Shown here piece after piece: positions 51,590 through 64,000 of a stretch of DNA of 64,000 nucleotides (its first letter is position 1; the number at the start of each line of letters is the position of its first letter). Source of the stretch: Macrostomum lignano (taxonomy: Eukaryota). The notes beneath the pieces were generated by a model. It searched no databases and had not been told where the DNA came from. It saw only the letters and a program-made list of their open reading frames with translations. Where the stretch lies: NCBI GenBank assembly GCA_002269645.1, contig NIVC01000282.1:248001-312000 (forward strand), read 5' to 3'. The position numbers and the translations under genes were made by a program.

Positions 51590-54500
51590 TGATTAAAGAT
51601 ATATTAAATAATCTCTCGATATTTCATTATTGACTTTCCTGACTTGATCGAAGCCAATCAGAAATATATATATTAGGATTTGGGTCACTTGATAGTTATA
51701 TGGTAAGCAGTAGCATATAAAGGCTATTTGTTTATATATATAGAAAACATAATGATTAAATATCTTTATAGATTTGGCTCTAGGATTCATAAGTAATTTT
51801 AGTTTGCTGGCATGGTAATTAATAATGAATTTGATAGGTTTAAATAGTCTTTATCTTAAATAGAGCCAAAAACAAAATGGTAAAACAAAACCTTAGAGGT
51901 TTAAGATAATTATATTGAACAATAGAAAGACATGAATGGCATGACTGATAGATAGAGACCAATCTGGTTGTTTTTATTAATAAAATTGGTAGGTCCTAAA
52001 ACATTTATTTTTTTATTCACTGATTTGATTCAATCAATTTGAAACTTGAGCTTGCTATATTTAGGGCCTAATTTATTATAAATATAATCTTAGTCATATA
52101 AAAACTAGTTACTTATCTTTGTGAGCTATTTAGAGCTATGGCCATTTTGGCATGTGGCCATGTTGGTGATACATTCCAAATTGTCGAAATTGCAGACCCA
52201 TGGCCATCAGCCATGCAATTTCAATTTTTTTCAAGTCTCATACTTGACCTAGTTTACTAGTTTACTAGTTCTACTTCAATGGTTACTGCTAACTTGATGA
52301 CAGGGAATATATTATCACAAAAATTAGTTCTTTTTTATATTAATCAGATAATTCACTTTTTTATTCCTGACTGGACTGAAAATGAAGCTAAAACTAAAAG
52401 TCATATCTGTATTTGGCATATCATTAGATTATTCCAATTTCCCAAAGCCTACGAGTCTATTGTCATTGATACAGAACATAGTTATTTAAACATATATAGC
52501 AGATTAGATTAGTTCCCAACTAAAACCAAATGTAGAACCATATTAAGAATAATACCACGGTTAGCTGGTCTATTATACAAAACATAAAATCTAATAAAAA
52601 ACTAACGTTTTTGGCTGTCTTAAAAACTAGATCTCAAGCAAACCAAGAAGACATAAGTAGTGGCTTAAAAAATTAAAAAAACTAATTTTTTTATTAAAAT
52701 ATTTTATACAGATTTATCATATTTCCTATCAAAGGAACTAGATTAAGCTAAGTGTAAATTGTTATAATTTAGTCAGATTTCAATAGTGAGCGCACAATTT
52801 ATGCCGGTAATTAGTGCATATATACTTTGTTTATGAAGCGTAAAGTATTGGTTGAAAACATTAGTCGGCCTGAAAAACCGACGAAAGTTCTTCATAAAAT
52901 AGCAGACGAGGCCTGCTGCACCCAGTCATGCGCATGCAAGCAGCGATGTAACGATCGACACTACTGTGTTACATACATTGCACAGTACATGCGCGTTTGT
53001 AAATCCTATACTAAAATGAATTGTCTGTCCATACGTGATATATTTCAGAAAAACGGCTCAACCGAGATACATAATACATTGTACAGCTCATGCGCGTTAC
53101 ATATAGCTTTCACACATGTTCACTGCAGTAGTGAAGCTGATCGATTTTTATGAAGCTGTAGATGCTATGGCTTCACTGTTAGTCAAAAGTCCACCGAGTG
53201 GCTGTTTTATAGGGATAATTAGCATGTAGCCAAACTATTGCTTTACCTAACATTGTACCTTACATGTATATGATACAAATTGCCGCTAACAACTCGATCA
53301 GGACGTTATATACACTCGCGAAATAAACAATGAAGATCAACAAACATTACAAAAAAACCTCTTTTAGACTATACATGTACATGTAGCTACCAACCGTTTT
53401 TCCTGATCAATATCAGGTAAAAGCCAGGTGAATTAATTGTAAAATTTATTCTGCCAATTCTAGGGCTCTGCATTTTCTTAGTTTGTAGAGAGTTATTGGA
53501 CCATACCGTAATGCTCTACTTAAAGTAATATTCTAAGGAAGTCAATTTCTTTCAAAATGAGTCATGTCTATTTTGGGAATCACGCGCAAACAGAATGATT
53601 TAGAAACCTACATTGTTTGATCAAGGAACCGGATTCCAACAGCTGTATTTGCTTAACCCCATATATGGTTATGCTCAAACATGCATGACCGCTTAATCAA
53701 ACATTTTTGACCTAAGTAAATACCCAATCCCAAACCGGTTTTTCTCCAAAATTTTGCTATAAATATAAGTGAAAATTCGAGTCAAAAAATTCAGACTCGG
53801 AGCGGTCTCTAAGAAGACTCTGAAGAAACAAGAAGACCAATCTCTGAGGGACCACACCTGTCCAATTGGTACCTGGTAAGCGTTTACCCGATTTAGTTAT
53901 TTGTTACTAGCGTAATAAGTTGGTTAATTGAGTTATACTAGAGCAGTTCACTGTCGATACATTTGAGAAAGGCCTCCTTGTTTCCTAGGATATTCCTAGA
54001 GGATTTATTGATTTAATTGAGTTATCCGTTACGTTTCGGACGTAACGAAGAAGCCGCCCTTCAGGAGGACCTATCACAGAAAATTAGAGAATTCAATTGT
54101 TCATTAGGGCGCACGTTCTATTGTGAATTCCGAGCTCGAGGACCGTTAAGAAGTTCTGATTCGCTCTCGTTTGGTCGACCCACAGATAAGAGTCAAGGAC
54201 TCAAGAAGAATACTCCAAATCGGCCGTCACTACTGCTCAGCCAAGTTAGACAGAGTCACACACACCGCAAGAACCAGAAGTCTACCAACCACAAGAGGAT
54301 CCGCCGCAGTAAGTCATTTGAACTGGTAAATACCTAGGCACTTGTTCCCCAGTGTCTAGAAGTGGGAGTTTTTGAGTGACTGATCACCACTCTTAAACTC
54401 TTCAAGTTGAGAAACCAATGTCTACTACCTGTCATGCTCAACCGACACTGCATTTACCATATCGCGACCTCCTTATCCCCCCAACCCATGGGTAACATCC

Positions 54501-55389
54501 CCAACATCTCGAGTATCACATCCCACATCTCTAACATTCCCATAGTGCAGCGAGTGGACATGCTGGGAGACGATGGCAGACTCGTGTTAGAAAGATATTT
54601 TGGCCGGTGAAACAGCTATGTAGGCTTTGGTGACATGGCTCGGGTTGAGTGAACCCAATCTGGAACAATTGAGAACCTGTAAAAAACCAACATGATTTCG
54701 AACAGATTTGAGTCTAGAAACCTCTGCTAAATAGTTTTTCGAATAAGGGAATATTAAACAGAACAACAATTACATACTCGGAGGTACGCAGCGGGTCCGT
54801 GAGTTCAGCATCCCGTATAGCTATCCGACGTCTAGCTGTGAACGTTCCCGATGTTCCCTACGTCGCCGATAGATAAAGTACTTTTACATTAAACCGACCA
54901 AAAACAACGTATGGCGTACAGGATTGATGTACATGTACATGTACAGGATTCTAGCAAGCCGGGGGGTGGATGGTCGCTTGTTGGTTGGGCAGGCTGCTGG
55001 GTCTAACGGGGCAGAGGAGAGACCTGGCTGCTTAGCCAATCAGAAGCCGCCGCATTTGGGGAAGGGGGCCAGCCAGTTGGGTGTGGTCTGACTGAAATGG
55101 GGCAGACAGCCAAATAATACAAGATAAAAAAGCTCTCCTTCTGTTGTCCCTAAGCAGTCAATTGGCTCTCAGTCTCCTGCAGAGGCTGATTTCCGCTATA
55201 TATTTTTTGAAAATGACAAGGCCGCAGTCCTATAGCTCAAAAATGTAATAACCTAAGTCTGAAAGTACGCCTCCTACAGGAACAGAAAAATAGTTTTAAT
55301 AGCCTATTAAAAATGCAGTAGCAAAAGTTCCAATTGAAAACAAGCAAAAGGCGGCTGCTGTTTCTGACAATTTAGCCACGAGCGTTGGC

Positions 55390-58300
55390 TCAGCGTGTTG
55401 GCTTACTCTTCTCGTACTCCTGCTTGCTCACCTTGAAGATGCTGCTGATCATCTTGGCGCCGCATTTGTACTCGGTGCTGCCGTCGCACTGCATCCAGCA
55501 GAATTTCTCCCTCTCGCGACCGTAACTGCCGTAGTGATCGCCGCACCAGCACTGGAAGCCCTGCTGCAGGCCAAAAAAGGGCTTGTTCATCCGACTGCAG
55601 ATTCGGTCGCACTTGTCCGGCGACATCCGGTTCAGGCCGGCCAGAGTTTCAAGGTCGCGTTTCAGCCTACGCTCGGGAAAGCAGCCGATGTACGCTGCGG
55701 GCGGCGGGAGCGCCGAGTGCATGTGCGTTTGAAGCTGCGTGACTGGATTTGCTCACATCAAGGATGCAGGCTCACATCGAGGATGCAGGCTCACATCAAG
55801 GATGCAGGCTCACATCAAGGATGCAGGCTCACATCAAGGATGCAGGCTCACATCAAGGATGCAGGCTCACATCGAGGATGCAGGCTCACATCAAGGATGC
55901 AGGCTCACATCAAGGATGCAGGCTCACATCAAGGATGCAGGCTCACATCAAGGATGCAGGCTCACATCGAGGATGCAGGCTCACATCGAGGATGCTTGCT
56001 CACATCAAGGATGCTTGTTCACATCAAGGATGCTTGCTCACATCGAGGATTTAGGCTCACATCAAGGATGCAGGCTCACATCGAGGATGCAGGCTCACAT
56101 CGAGGATGCAGGCTTACATCGAGGATGCAGGCTCACATCAAGGATGCTTGCTCACATCAAGGATGCTTGTTCACATCAAGGATGCTTGCTCACATCGAGG
56201 ATTTAGGCTCACATCAAGGATGCAGGCTCACATCGAGGATGCAGGCTCACATCGAGGATGCAGGCTTACATCGAGGATGCAGGCTCACATCAAGGATGCA
56301 GGCTCACATCGAGGATGCAGGCTCACATCAAGGATGCAGGCTCACATCGAGGATGCTTGCTCACATCAAGGATGCTTGTTCACATCAAGGATGCTTGCTC
56401 ACATCGAGGATTTAGGCTCACATCAAGGATGCAGGCTCACATCGAGGATGCAGGCTCACATCGAGGATGCAGGCTCACATCGAGGATGCAGGCTCACATC
56501 AAGGATGCAGGCTCACATCGAGGATGCAGGCTCACATCAAGGATGCAGGCTCACATCGAGGATGCAGGCTCACATCAAGGATGCAGGCTCACACCAAAGC
56601 TATACTGGATATACTCTGTGGCAAACATGGAGTCTCACATGGCTTCTTAGCACCCAAGTATACCACTGGGAAGCCGTACAACTGCACTTCACACAGCGGC
56701 AGATGACTATTGTCATCCGTCTTTCCCATGGCGATAGTGATTCGAACTCTGGAGCCAAATCGGCGGCACTCAAAATCCTGCACGTTGATCATCTTGTCGG
56801 CGTCGTAACGGAAGCACAACTGGCCGTCAACAGTGATCTCGAAGGTGTTCAGCTGGGATTGACAGCAGTCCGCTCGGTTGTAGACCCTCAGTTTGCGAAC
56901 TATTGCTGGCACCTCAAGGCGACCCTCCCACCAGGGCCTTTTCTCCTTCTCGGTGTAGGCGCAAGCGCCTTTCTTCAAGTCCTGGTCCAGGTTGTTGTCT
57001 ATCGCCCTCTCGCAGATGTTGTTCTTTTCGACGCTGCTCATCGCGCACCGGCTGACTTTTAGACGGCTACAATGAGGTCACACTGGTCACTGCCACACTG
57101 CAATCTGGTCACTGCCACTTTGGAATCTGGTCACTGCCACTTTGGAATCTGGTCACTGACACACTGGAATCTAGTCACTGACACACGACAATCTGGTCAC
57201 TTGCCACACTGAAATCTGATCACTGACACACGACAATCTGGTCACTTGCCACACTGGAATCTGGTCACTTGCCACACTGAAATCTGGTCACTTGCCACAC
57301 TGAAATCTGGTCACTTGCCACACTGAAATCTGGTCACTTGCCACACCGGAATCTGGTCACTGCCACACTGGAATCTGGTCACTTGCCCCCAATCTCAGCA
57401 TATCCTAGTTCGAACTAAAAATCCTCACGTATTGCCGTTGTCCGCTCTGGACAGGTGCAAAACCTTGCCATAGACGACAACCTCGCACAAAACGAGCACC
57501 GCGTGGTCCAAGTGGCTCTGCACTCGAATGTGCTCCCCAATATTGTCGCAGGAGAATGTCCTGTTCGAGAAGCTCGCATAAGAGCGATACCTGGCGCAGG
57601 TGAAGTCGCCGACAAGCAAATCAAAATCCCTGAGCGCGTCGCGGCCACGCTCCTCAATGTTGCGCACCGTGAACAGCTGAATCCGGGTCACGAATGACGG
57701 ATTTTCTAGTCTGGCCTCGAACCAAGGACGCATGTCGGCCGTGGTGAAGGCGCACTCGTTGCTCCATGGCGCCTGATTGATGTCGTCATCTACAGCGAAC
57801 TGGCAGCTTTCCAGCTGCGAGCTCTGCGTACAGCGCTCCAGGTAGAGTCGGTCTGTGCAAAAGGCGGCGGGAATTGCATCATCTCAGAAGAACAACCTGA
57901 ACACGCACTAGGCTGTTCTTGCTGAGTGAAATTTCCTCTTTTAGTTAAACAGAAAAAGCACTTAACTAGCAAAAAGCAGACGCTGACCGCAACAAAATAC
58001 AATTTGATAATAAACTTCACGATTCATATTTTACCATCCTTTTCATTATACTATTTTAGCTAGATTAGATGCAAGGGGCTTGCGTGCACCATGGCACAAT
58101 TTATGAGTGACATTGTCACACAACCGGCGAGAGGCATTGCTGCCCATTCCACCGACTCCCCTGAGCAGGCACACAAGCGCGCGGATACGTACGCAGTCAT
58201 ACGCACAGGCACACACTCACACAGGAGTGTACAGCGGCCCTGACTTTGTTTATCGTTAGGCATGTACACTTCACTGTGCCTTGGGGGGTTGGCTCTCTAG

Positions 58301-58732
58301 GGTGTTAATTGCACGAGCAGAGCCAAGCCGAGATGCCAACTTAGCCCCCATTTTTTGCACACCTTGTTGCACACAAAAATCAAGTCGCCAGCCGAGATAT
58401 TCAATAGTTCTGCCAAGGTCGGGTTTTCCCAAAAGCGCCAGTGCATTCTCCATACAACCCCTGTGCGCCATGCGCCAACCAATTAAAATACAGCAATAAG
58501 AGCCAAAGCCAAAATATAACCGTTCAAGAGCTTCAGAAATCGACAGGGCATGATCACAATCGTAGCAAGCATCCAGAGACTCACCTTCTTTATCAGAACC
58601 ATCGATCATCTTCAGCATGGTGCTCCGGCTGAGCTGCTTCATGTTGTCCTCCTTCAGAAACTGCTGGGACTGACCCACCAGCAGAAGCAACTGGAGCAGC
58701 AGTGCCAGGCTACCGCAGAATTTTCTTACCAT
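55390..58732 (-). CDS. Secreted lectin-like protein: signal peptide + two F-type lectin (FTP/F5-8C-like) domains + WSC domain
   Basis: Exon 58732-58585 (MVRKFCGSLALLLQLLLLVGQSQQ; phase-1 donor GTGAGT), optional mini-exon 57935-57897, FTP1 57852-57429 (CAFT...RPWFEARL...LCEVVVYG), FTP2 57066-~56660 (CAYT...RPWWEGRL...NRADCC...LCEVQLYG), WSC ~55734-55390 (YIGCF...MSPDKCDRIC...FGLQQGFQCWCG...CWMQCDGSTEYKCGA). The FTP2-WSC junction is ambiguous. Confidence 0.75.
55750..56592. repeat. 19-bp CTCACATC(A/G)AGGATGCAGG minisatellite, intronic
   Basis: About 44 copies. Confidence 0.97.
57085..57390. repeat. 22/23-bp GGAATCTGGTCAC(T)TGCCACACT minisatellite, intronic
   Basis: Direct inspection. Confidence 0.9.
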
Positions 58733-58954
58733 TTTACCGCAACCGGTAGGCGACTCCGCAAGTTTTGATTGAGTTTTGATCAACAGTAAACGGCGCAGCA
58801 GATAATAGGTAGACGTACAAGACAGATAACCCTTTTATTTGACCTCGAAATCTCACAGCAACTGACTTTCGTTCTATGGGTGAAACTTAATGAAATCTTC
58901 AAGGTCAACTTGATATACGGTACATTTTAAGCTTTTATTGGAATAGAAAATATC

Positions 58955-59935
58955 TTGCGACTGGTCAGTTTGACTTTTTTCTCTCTGTCCTGCTCCGCGC
59001 ATGCCATTGGCTGGCCGGGGAACTTAAGATCTCTGCTATTACTCTTAAGCGATTGGTCAGTTTGTCTTTTCTCTTTCTCTCTGTCCCGCTCTCTCGCCTG
59101 CCATTGGCTGGCCGGGGAACTTAAGATCTCTGCTATTACTCTTCAGCGATTGGTCAGTTTGTCTTTTCTCTTTCTCTCTGTCCCGCTCTCTCGCCTGCCA
59201 TTGGCTGGCCGAGGAATTTAAGATCTCTGCTATTACTCTTAAGCGATTGGTCAGTTTGTCTTTTCTCTTTCTCTCTGTCCCGCTCCCTCGCCTGCCATTG
59301 GCTGGCCGGGGAATAGAAAATCTCTTGCTAATACTCTTCAGCGATTGGTCAGTTTGTCTTTTCTCTTTCTCTCTGTCCCGCTCCCTCGCCTGCCATTGGC
59401 TGGCCGGGGAATAGAAAATCTCTTGCTAATACTCTTCAGCGATTGGTCAGTTTGTCTTTTCTCTTTCTCTCTGTCCCGCTCCCTCGCCTGCCATTGGCTG
59501 GCCGGGGAATAGAAAATCTCTTGCTAATACTCTTCAGCGATTGGTCAGTTTGTCTTTTCTCTTTCTCTCTGTCCCGCTCTCTCGCCTGCCATTGGCTGGC
59601 CGGGGAACTTAAGATCTCTGCTATTACTCTGAGGCGATTGGTCAGTTTGTCTTTTCTCTTTCTCTCTGTCCCGCTCTCTCGCCTGCCATTGGCTGGCCGA
59701 GGAATTTAAGATCTCTGCTATTACTCTTAAGCGATTGGTCAGTTTGTCTTTTCTCTTTCTCTCTGTCCCGCTCCCTCGCCTGCCATTGGCTGGCCGGGGA
59801 ATAGAAAATCTCTTGTTAATACTCTTCAGCGATTGGTCAGTTTGTCTTTTCTCTTTCTCTCTGTCCCGCTCCCTCGCCTGCTATTGGCTGGCCGGGGAAT
59901 AGAAAATCTTTGCTATTGCTCTTCGGCAATAGGTC
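58955..59935. repeat. 98-bp tandem repeat (~10 copies), each unit with two CCAAT boxes
   Basis: Unit 59341-59438; GATTGGTC and CATTGGCT occur in every unit; two sequence variants. Confidence 0.95.
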
Positions 59936-60489
59936 AGTTGAACTGTTAGTATAAAATATTTAATTATGTTCAAATTGTAATAAATTAACTGCAAAGTCTT
60001 ATAAATGCGTCTAGTTTTATACAGATTAGAGAAGCAGGAAGTCGCAACATGCTACTGTTTTAGTAAGTAGACACTTAAACTAACAAGACATAATTGAAGC
60101 AAATTTTATTTATTGTATTATAAACACACCTGATAGTTGGCAGGCACCGAACGCAGATTAAGACATAAGTAATTGAAGCATGTAATTCCGGTTGATAACG
60201 GAGTCCCAGCTAAACACATCCAGAGCTATATAAAAGCAGGTTATTTAATAAGCTCCGTTACTTTATTAACTACCGACAAGGGAGATGCCGCAAATCCAAA
60301 ACAAAACACAGGGAAAGAGCGAGCACTATGCTCAAACCAGACGCCAGCTCAGAATTGGCTTGGGTCCAGACAGGGTCAGATGAGGGATAAGGTTCAGAAC
60401 TGAAATTTATTGGCAAGGTGCGTAAAAAACGAAACGCACACCCTGATCAATTCCCGGGCACCTCTGGTCAGTATAAGAGAAAGATGGAG

Positions 60490-61070
60490 AGATGGATAGG
60501 GCAGACACAAGAGGGAGAGTGGGGAGAGGGAGGGAGAGGGAAGAGAGGCTTTGGGAGAGAAAAGAGACGGAATGGAGAGTAAAGGGAGGAGAGAGGGAGA
60601 GGGGAGAAAGGGAGAGAGGAGAGGAGGGGAGACGGAGAGACGGAAGATGGAGAGAGGGAAGAGGGAGAGAGGGGAGGAGGGGAGATAGGAGAGGGAGAGG
60701 AAGAAGGAATAGAGGGTTTAGGAGAGAAAAGAGGGGAGAAGAAGTGCGGGGAGATAGGATGGAGGTGAGGGGAGAAGAAGTGCGGGGAGATAGGATGGAG
60801 GTGAGGGGAGAAGAAGCGCGGGGAGATAGAATGGAGGTGAGGGGAGAAGAAGTGCGGGGAGATAGGATGGAGGTGAGGGGAGAAGAAGTGCGGGGAGATA
60901 GAATGGAGGTGAGGGGAGAAGAAGTGCGGGGAGATAGGATGGAGGTGAGGGGAGAAGAAGTGCGGGGAGATAGAATGGAGGTGAGGGGAGAAGAAGCGCG
61001 GGGAGATAGGATGGAGGTGAGGGGAGAAGAAGCGCGGGGAGATAGGATGGAGGTGAGGGGAGAAGGGAGG
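60490..61070. repeat. Polypurine tract plus 36-bp GGGGAGAAGAAGTGCGGGGAGATAGGATGGAGGTGA repeat
   Basis: Direct inspection. Confidence 0.9.
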
Positions 61071-61168
61071 CACTATGACATAATTTCTTACCATTCAGAC
61101 CCGTTCAGACAGAGAACTGAATAAACCAAATAAATGCAGCACAGCAGTGCCAGAGTAAAAGCTGTCAA

Positions 61169-63437
61169 TCAATCATCAGATGAGTCGCTAATAACGCAGA
61201 CCTCATTGTCAGTTGTAGCCTGGGCCTCCTCCTCCGCCGCAGATTCCCCAGACTCCGACTGATGATGCTGAATAACATCCTCATCATCGTCATCAACCTC
61301 CGCAGCCGCACCAGCCGGCGCTCTCAGCCGTTCGTCCTCCAACGCGTAGAACTGCTGGCCAATGGCCTCGCAGGAGTACCTGACGTGCTCATTCAGCGCC
61401 AGCAGCGAGTCGAACAGCAGGCGGCACTCCGGACATTCGAAGGCCCGGCCTGGCCAGCTGACCGCCACGCCGCCGCTGTTGGCCGCGGAGTCGCAGCACA
61501 GCCGGTAGTGGCTCAGCATGCCCTCGCGGTCGGCCACGCGGACCCGGCAGCGGCAGAACTGGCACTCGAAGGAGTAGCGCAGGCCGCCGCGCCACTCGTC
61601 GCCATCGTCCGGGTCGTCGTGATCGTAGAAAACCTCGGCATCCTCGCCGGCCTTCCTAATCGAACCGTTGATCTCCCCGTTGCTAGGCAAAACAGGCGGC
61701 GTCAGAGTGACAATCCGAGTGCCAGAGGCTGTTGTGGGCATTGAAGACTGCGATTGGACGATTTTCGGCATGGCTGGCCGGCGCTGCGATTGAAGAGTAG
61801 GCAGCGAGGGCGGGGGCGGCGGGGGAGGCGGCGGCGGCGGCGGTAGTGAACGCTTCTGACCGGCTGACAGGATTTGAAGGGACGATGTACATTTTACATT
61901 TGGCCCAAGTAGGCATTTATTAATAGACATTCCCTAATAGACATTCCCTAATAGACATTCCCTAACAGACATTCCCTAATAGACATTCCCTAATAGATTC
62001 CCTAACAGACATTCCCTAATAGACATTCCCTAATAGACATTCCCTAACAGACATTCCCTAACAGACATTCCATAATAGACATTCCCTAATAGACATTCCC
62101 TAACAGGCATTCTCAATAGACATGCCGTAATAGACATTCCCTATCGAAGGCACTGTAAGCATCAAACTCACAGATTTGAGAACGAAAGATGGCCGCCGAG
62201 GCGGAGGCGGCGGGGCCAGAGGAGGCGGCGGGGCCAGCGGAGGCGGCGGGACCAGAGGAGGCGGCGGGACCAGAGGAGGCGGCGGGACCAGAGGAGGCGG
62301 TGCCGCCGCCAGTCGAGAAGGTGCCGCTAAAATTTACGGACCTGCTGGTTGTAGCGGCGCCTGCCTGCGCCTGCGGCCGCTGCTGCTGAGCGGAGCTGCT
62401 CACTAGCAGGCAGCAGCCGGCGAAATGGACGACACGCCGACAGTTCGGCTGAGCAGACTCGGACAGGTAGTCGGTCACAGTGGCCAACAGTCGCCTGCGG
62501 AGATCCTCACTGACATCGCCGGTGTTTGGCTGGGAGAATGACACGCCTGCGGGTTGTGCGGATGTGGGAGGGATGCGGGTGAGGGGGATGAGGGTGAGAG
62601 AGGATGGGAGGGTATGGGGATGAGGGGATGAGGATGGGAGGGATGAGGATTTGGAAGGATTTGGGATGGGGATGAGGGGCGTGAGGGGATGAGGATCTGG
62701 GATGGGGATAATGGGAATGAGGGAGGGGATGAGGAAGAGGGGGTGAGGAAGAGGGGATGAGGGATGAGGGGATGAGGATGAGGAAGAGGGGTTGAGGAAG
62801 AGGGGATGAGGGAGAGGATGGGGATGAGGGGATGAGGATGAGAGGGGATGGAGATGAGGGGGTGAGGGGATGAGGATCTTGGATGGGGATAATGGGAATG
62901 AGGGAGGGGATGAGGAAGAGGGGTGAGGAAGAGGGGATGAGGGGGATGATAGGGATGAGGGGATGATGATGAGAGGGGATGGAGATGAGGGGGTGAGGGG
63001 ATGAGGATCTGGGATGGGGATGAGGGGGATGAGGATCTGGGAGTGGGGATGGGGATGAGGGGATGAGGGAGGGGAATGGGGATGAGGGGATGGGAGGATA
63101 AAGATAGGAGGGTATTGGGATGAGGGGATGGGAAGGGATGAGGATAGGATGGGGATGAGGGGATAAGGATGGGAAGTGATGAGAGAAGGGATGAGGATGT
63201 GGGAGGTGATAACACTGTAACCGCACCCAGTCCAGGCTGGCTGGCTGTGCCATCGCAGGCCCCAGAGCCGGCCCTGCTGGCAGCGCCCTGCAGCAGGGTG
63301 GACTGGATTTCTTTTAGCGGCCGCGAGTGCAACAGTGAGGCGAGGCGGCGAGCCCGCGGGCCGCAGGCGTTCAGGCAGTCGACGCAGTCGTGGGAAGTCA
63401 GCGAGAAGACAGCGTTTTCTGTTTGGGCTGCATTGGA
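61169..63437 (-). CDS. 3' part of a zinc-finger protein with two atypical C2HC/C2H2-like fingers; 5' exons lie beyond the window
   Basis: Exons 63437-63227, 62546-62172, 61863-61169 are phase-compatible (phase 1 junctions). Fingers FECQFCRCRVRVADREGMLSHYRLC and FECPECRLLFDSLLALNEHVRYSC; poly-Pro and acidic tail. Confidence 0.7.
61918..62145. repeat. 14-bp TAATAGACATTCCC minisatellite, intronic
   Basis: Direct inspection. Confidence 0.95.
62570..63205. repeat. Low-complexity GAGGGGAT/GATGAGG polypurine intron
   Basis: Direct inspection. Confidence 0.9.
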
Positions 63438-63509
63438 CTGCAGTGAGCGGAAAGGAAAGCGAAGCGATTTGGTTATGCCGTTCATTGGTACTTAACACTA
63501 AGGCTGTTG

Positions 63510-64000
63510 TGTTCAGGTGTACATCAGGACTGTTGTGTGTAGAGGTGTACATCAGGACTGTTGTGTGTACAGGTGTACATCAGGACTGTTGTGTGTAGAG
63601 GTGTACATCAGGACTGTGTGTGTACGGGTGTACATCAGGACTGTTGTGTGTACGGGTGTACATCAGGACTGTGTGTGTACAGGTGTACATCAGGACTGTT
63701 GTGTGTTCAGGTGTACATCAGGACTGTTGTGTGTACAGGTGTACATCAGGACTGTTGTGTGTACGGGTGTACATCAGGACTGTGTGTGTACAGGTGTACA
63801 TCAGGACTGTTGTGTGTACGGGTGTACATCAGGACTGTGTGTGTACAGACGTACATCAGGACTGTGTGTGTACAGGCGTACATCAGGACTGTGTGTACAG
63901 GCGTACATCAGGACTGTGTGTGTACAGGTGTACATCAGGACTGTGTGTGTACAGGTGTACATCAGGACTGTTGTGTGTACGGGTGTACATCAGGATTGTG
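63510..64000. repeat. 25-28-bp GTGTACATCAGGACTG(TT)GTGTGTACAG minisatellite running off the window
   Basis: Direct inspection. Confidence 0.95.

Noticed and set aside
54017-54610. Short ORFs in a GC-richer intergenic block
   Set aside because: No domains, LTR/TIR ends or splice support recognised.
57897-58020. Hydrophobic ORF KFIIKLYFVAVSVCFLL as the lectin signal peptide
   Set aside because: No in-frame ATG; exon 58732-58585 supplies a phase-compatible signal peptide.
62113-62171. Apparent zinc finger CEFDAYSAFDRECLLRH
   Set aside because: Read-through past a consensus GTGAGT donor at 62171 into the intron repeat.

Overview
Eukaryotic (invertebrate) genomic DNA. GC-rich exons, poly-Gln/poly-Ala tracts, ~45-nt introns and large introns almost entirely filled by private minisatellites suggest a free-living flatworm such as Macrostomum (inference, not verified). 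Genes reconstructed by hand from splice sites and reading phase: a polyQ four-finger C2H2 protein (-), the complete AP-1 gamma adaptin AP1G1 (-, 10 coding exons, one GC-AG intron), two tandem ABHD4/5-like hydrolases (+), a DEG/ENaC channel with an unusual pore (-), an unidentified WD40 protein (-), a secreted F-type lectin x2 + WSC protein (-) and the 3' part of a zinc-finger gene (-). The 13 kb between the divergent AP1G1 and ABHD starts is a transposon graveyard: hAT-like MITEs, a Merlin remnant, an RTE LINE, a mariner derivative, and a piggyBac with a nested Tc1/IS630-like element. The most striking observation is a 266-bp MITE (14-bp perfect TIRs, 8-bp TSD) carrying a 64-bp piece of 28S rRNA that is well conserved except exactly at the R2/I-PpoI/Pokey target site. 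A second, decayed copy of the fragment lies 2 kb away. Most long ORFs in the supplied track are translations of tandem repeats. No CRISPR array or intact RNA gene was found.
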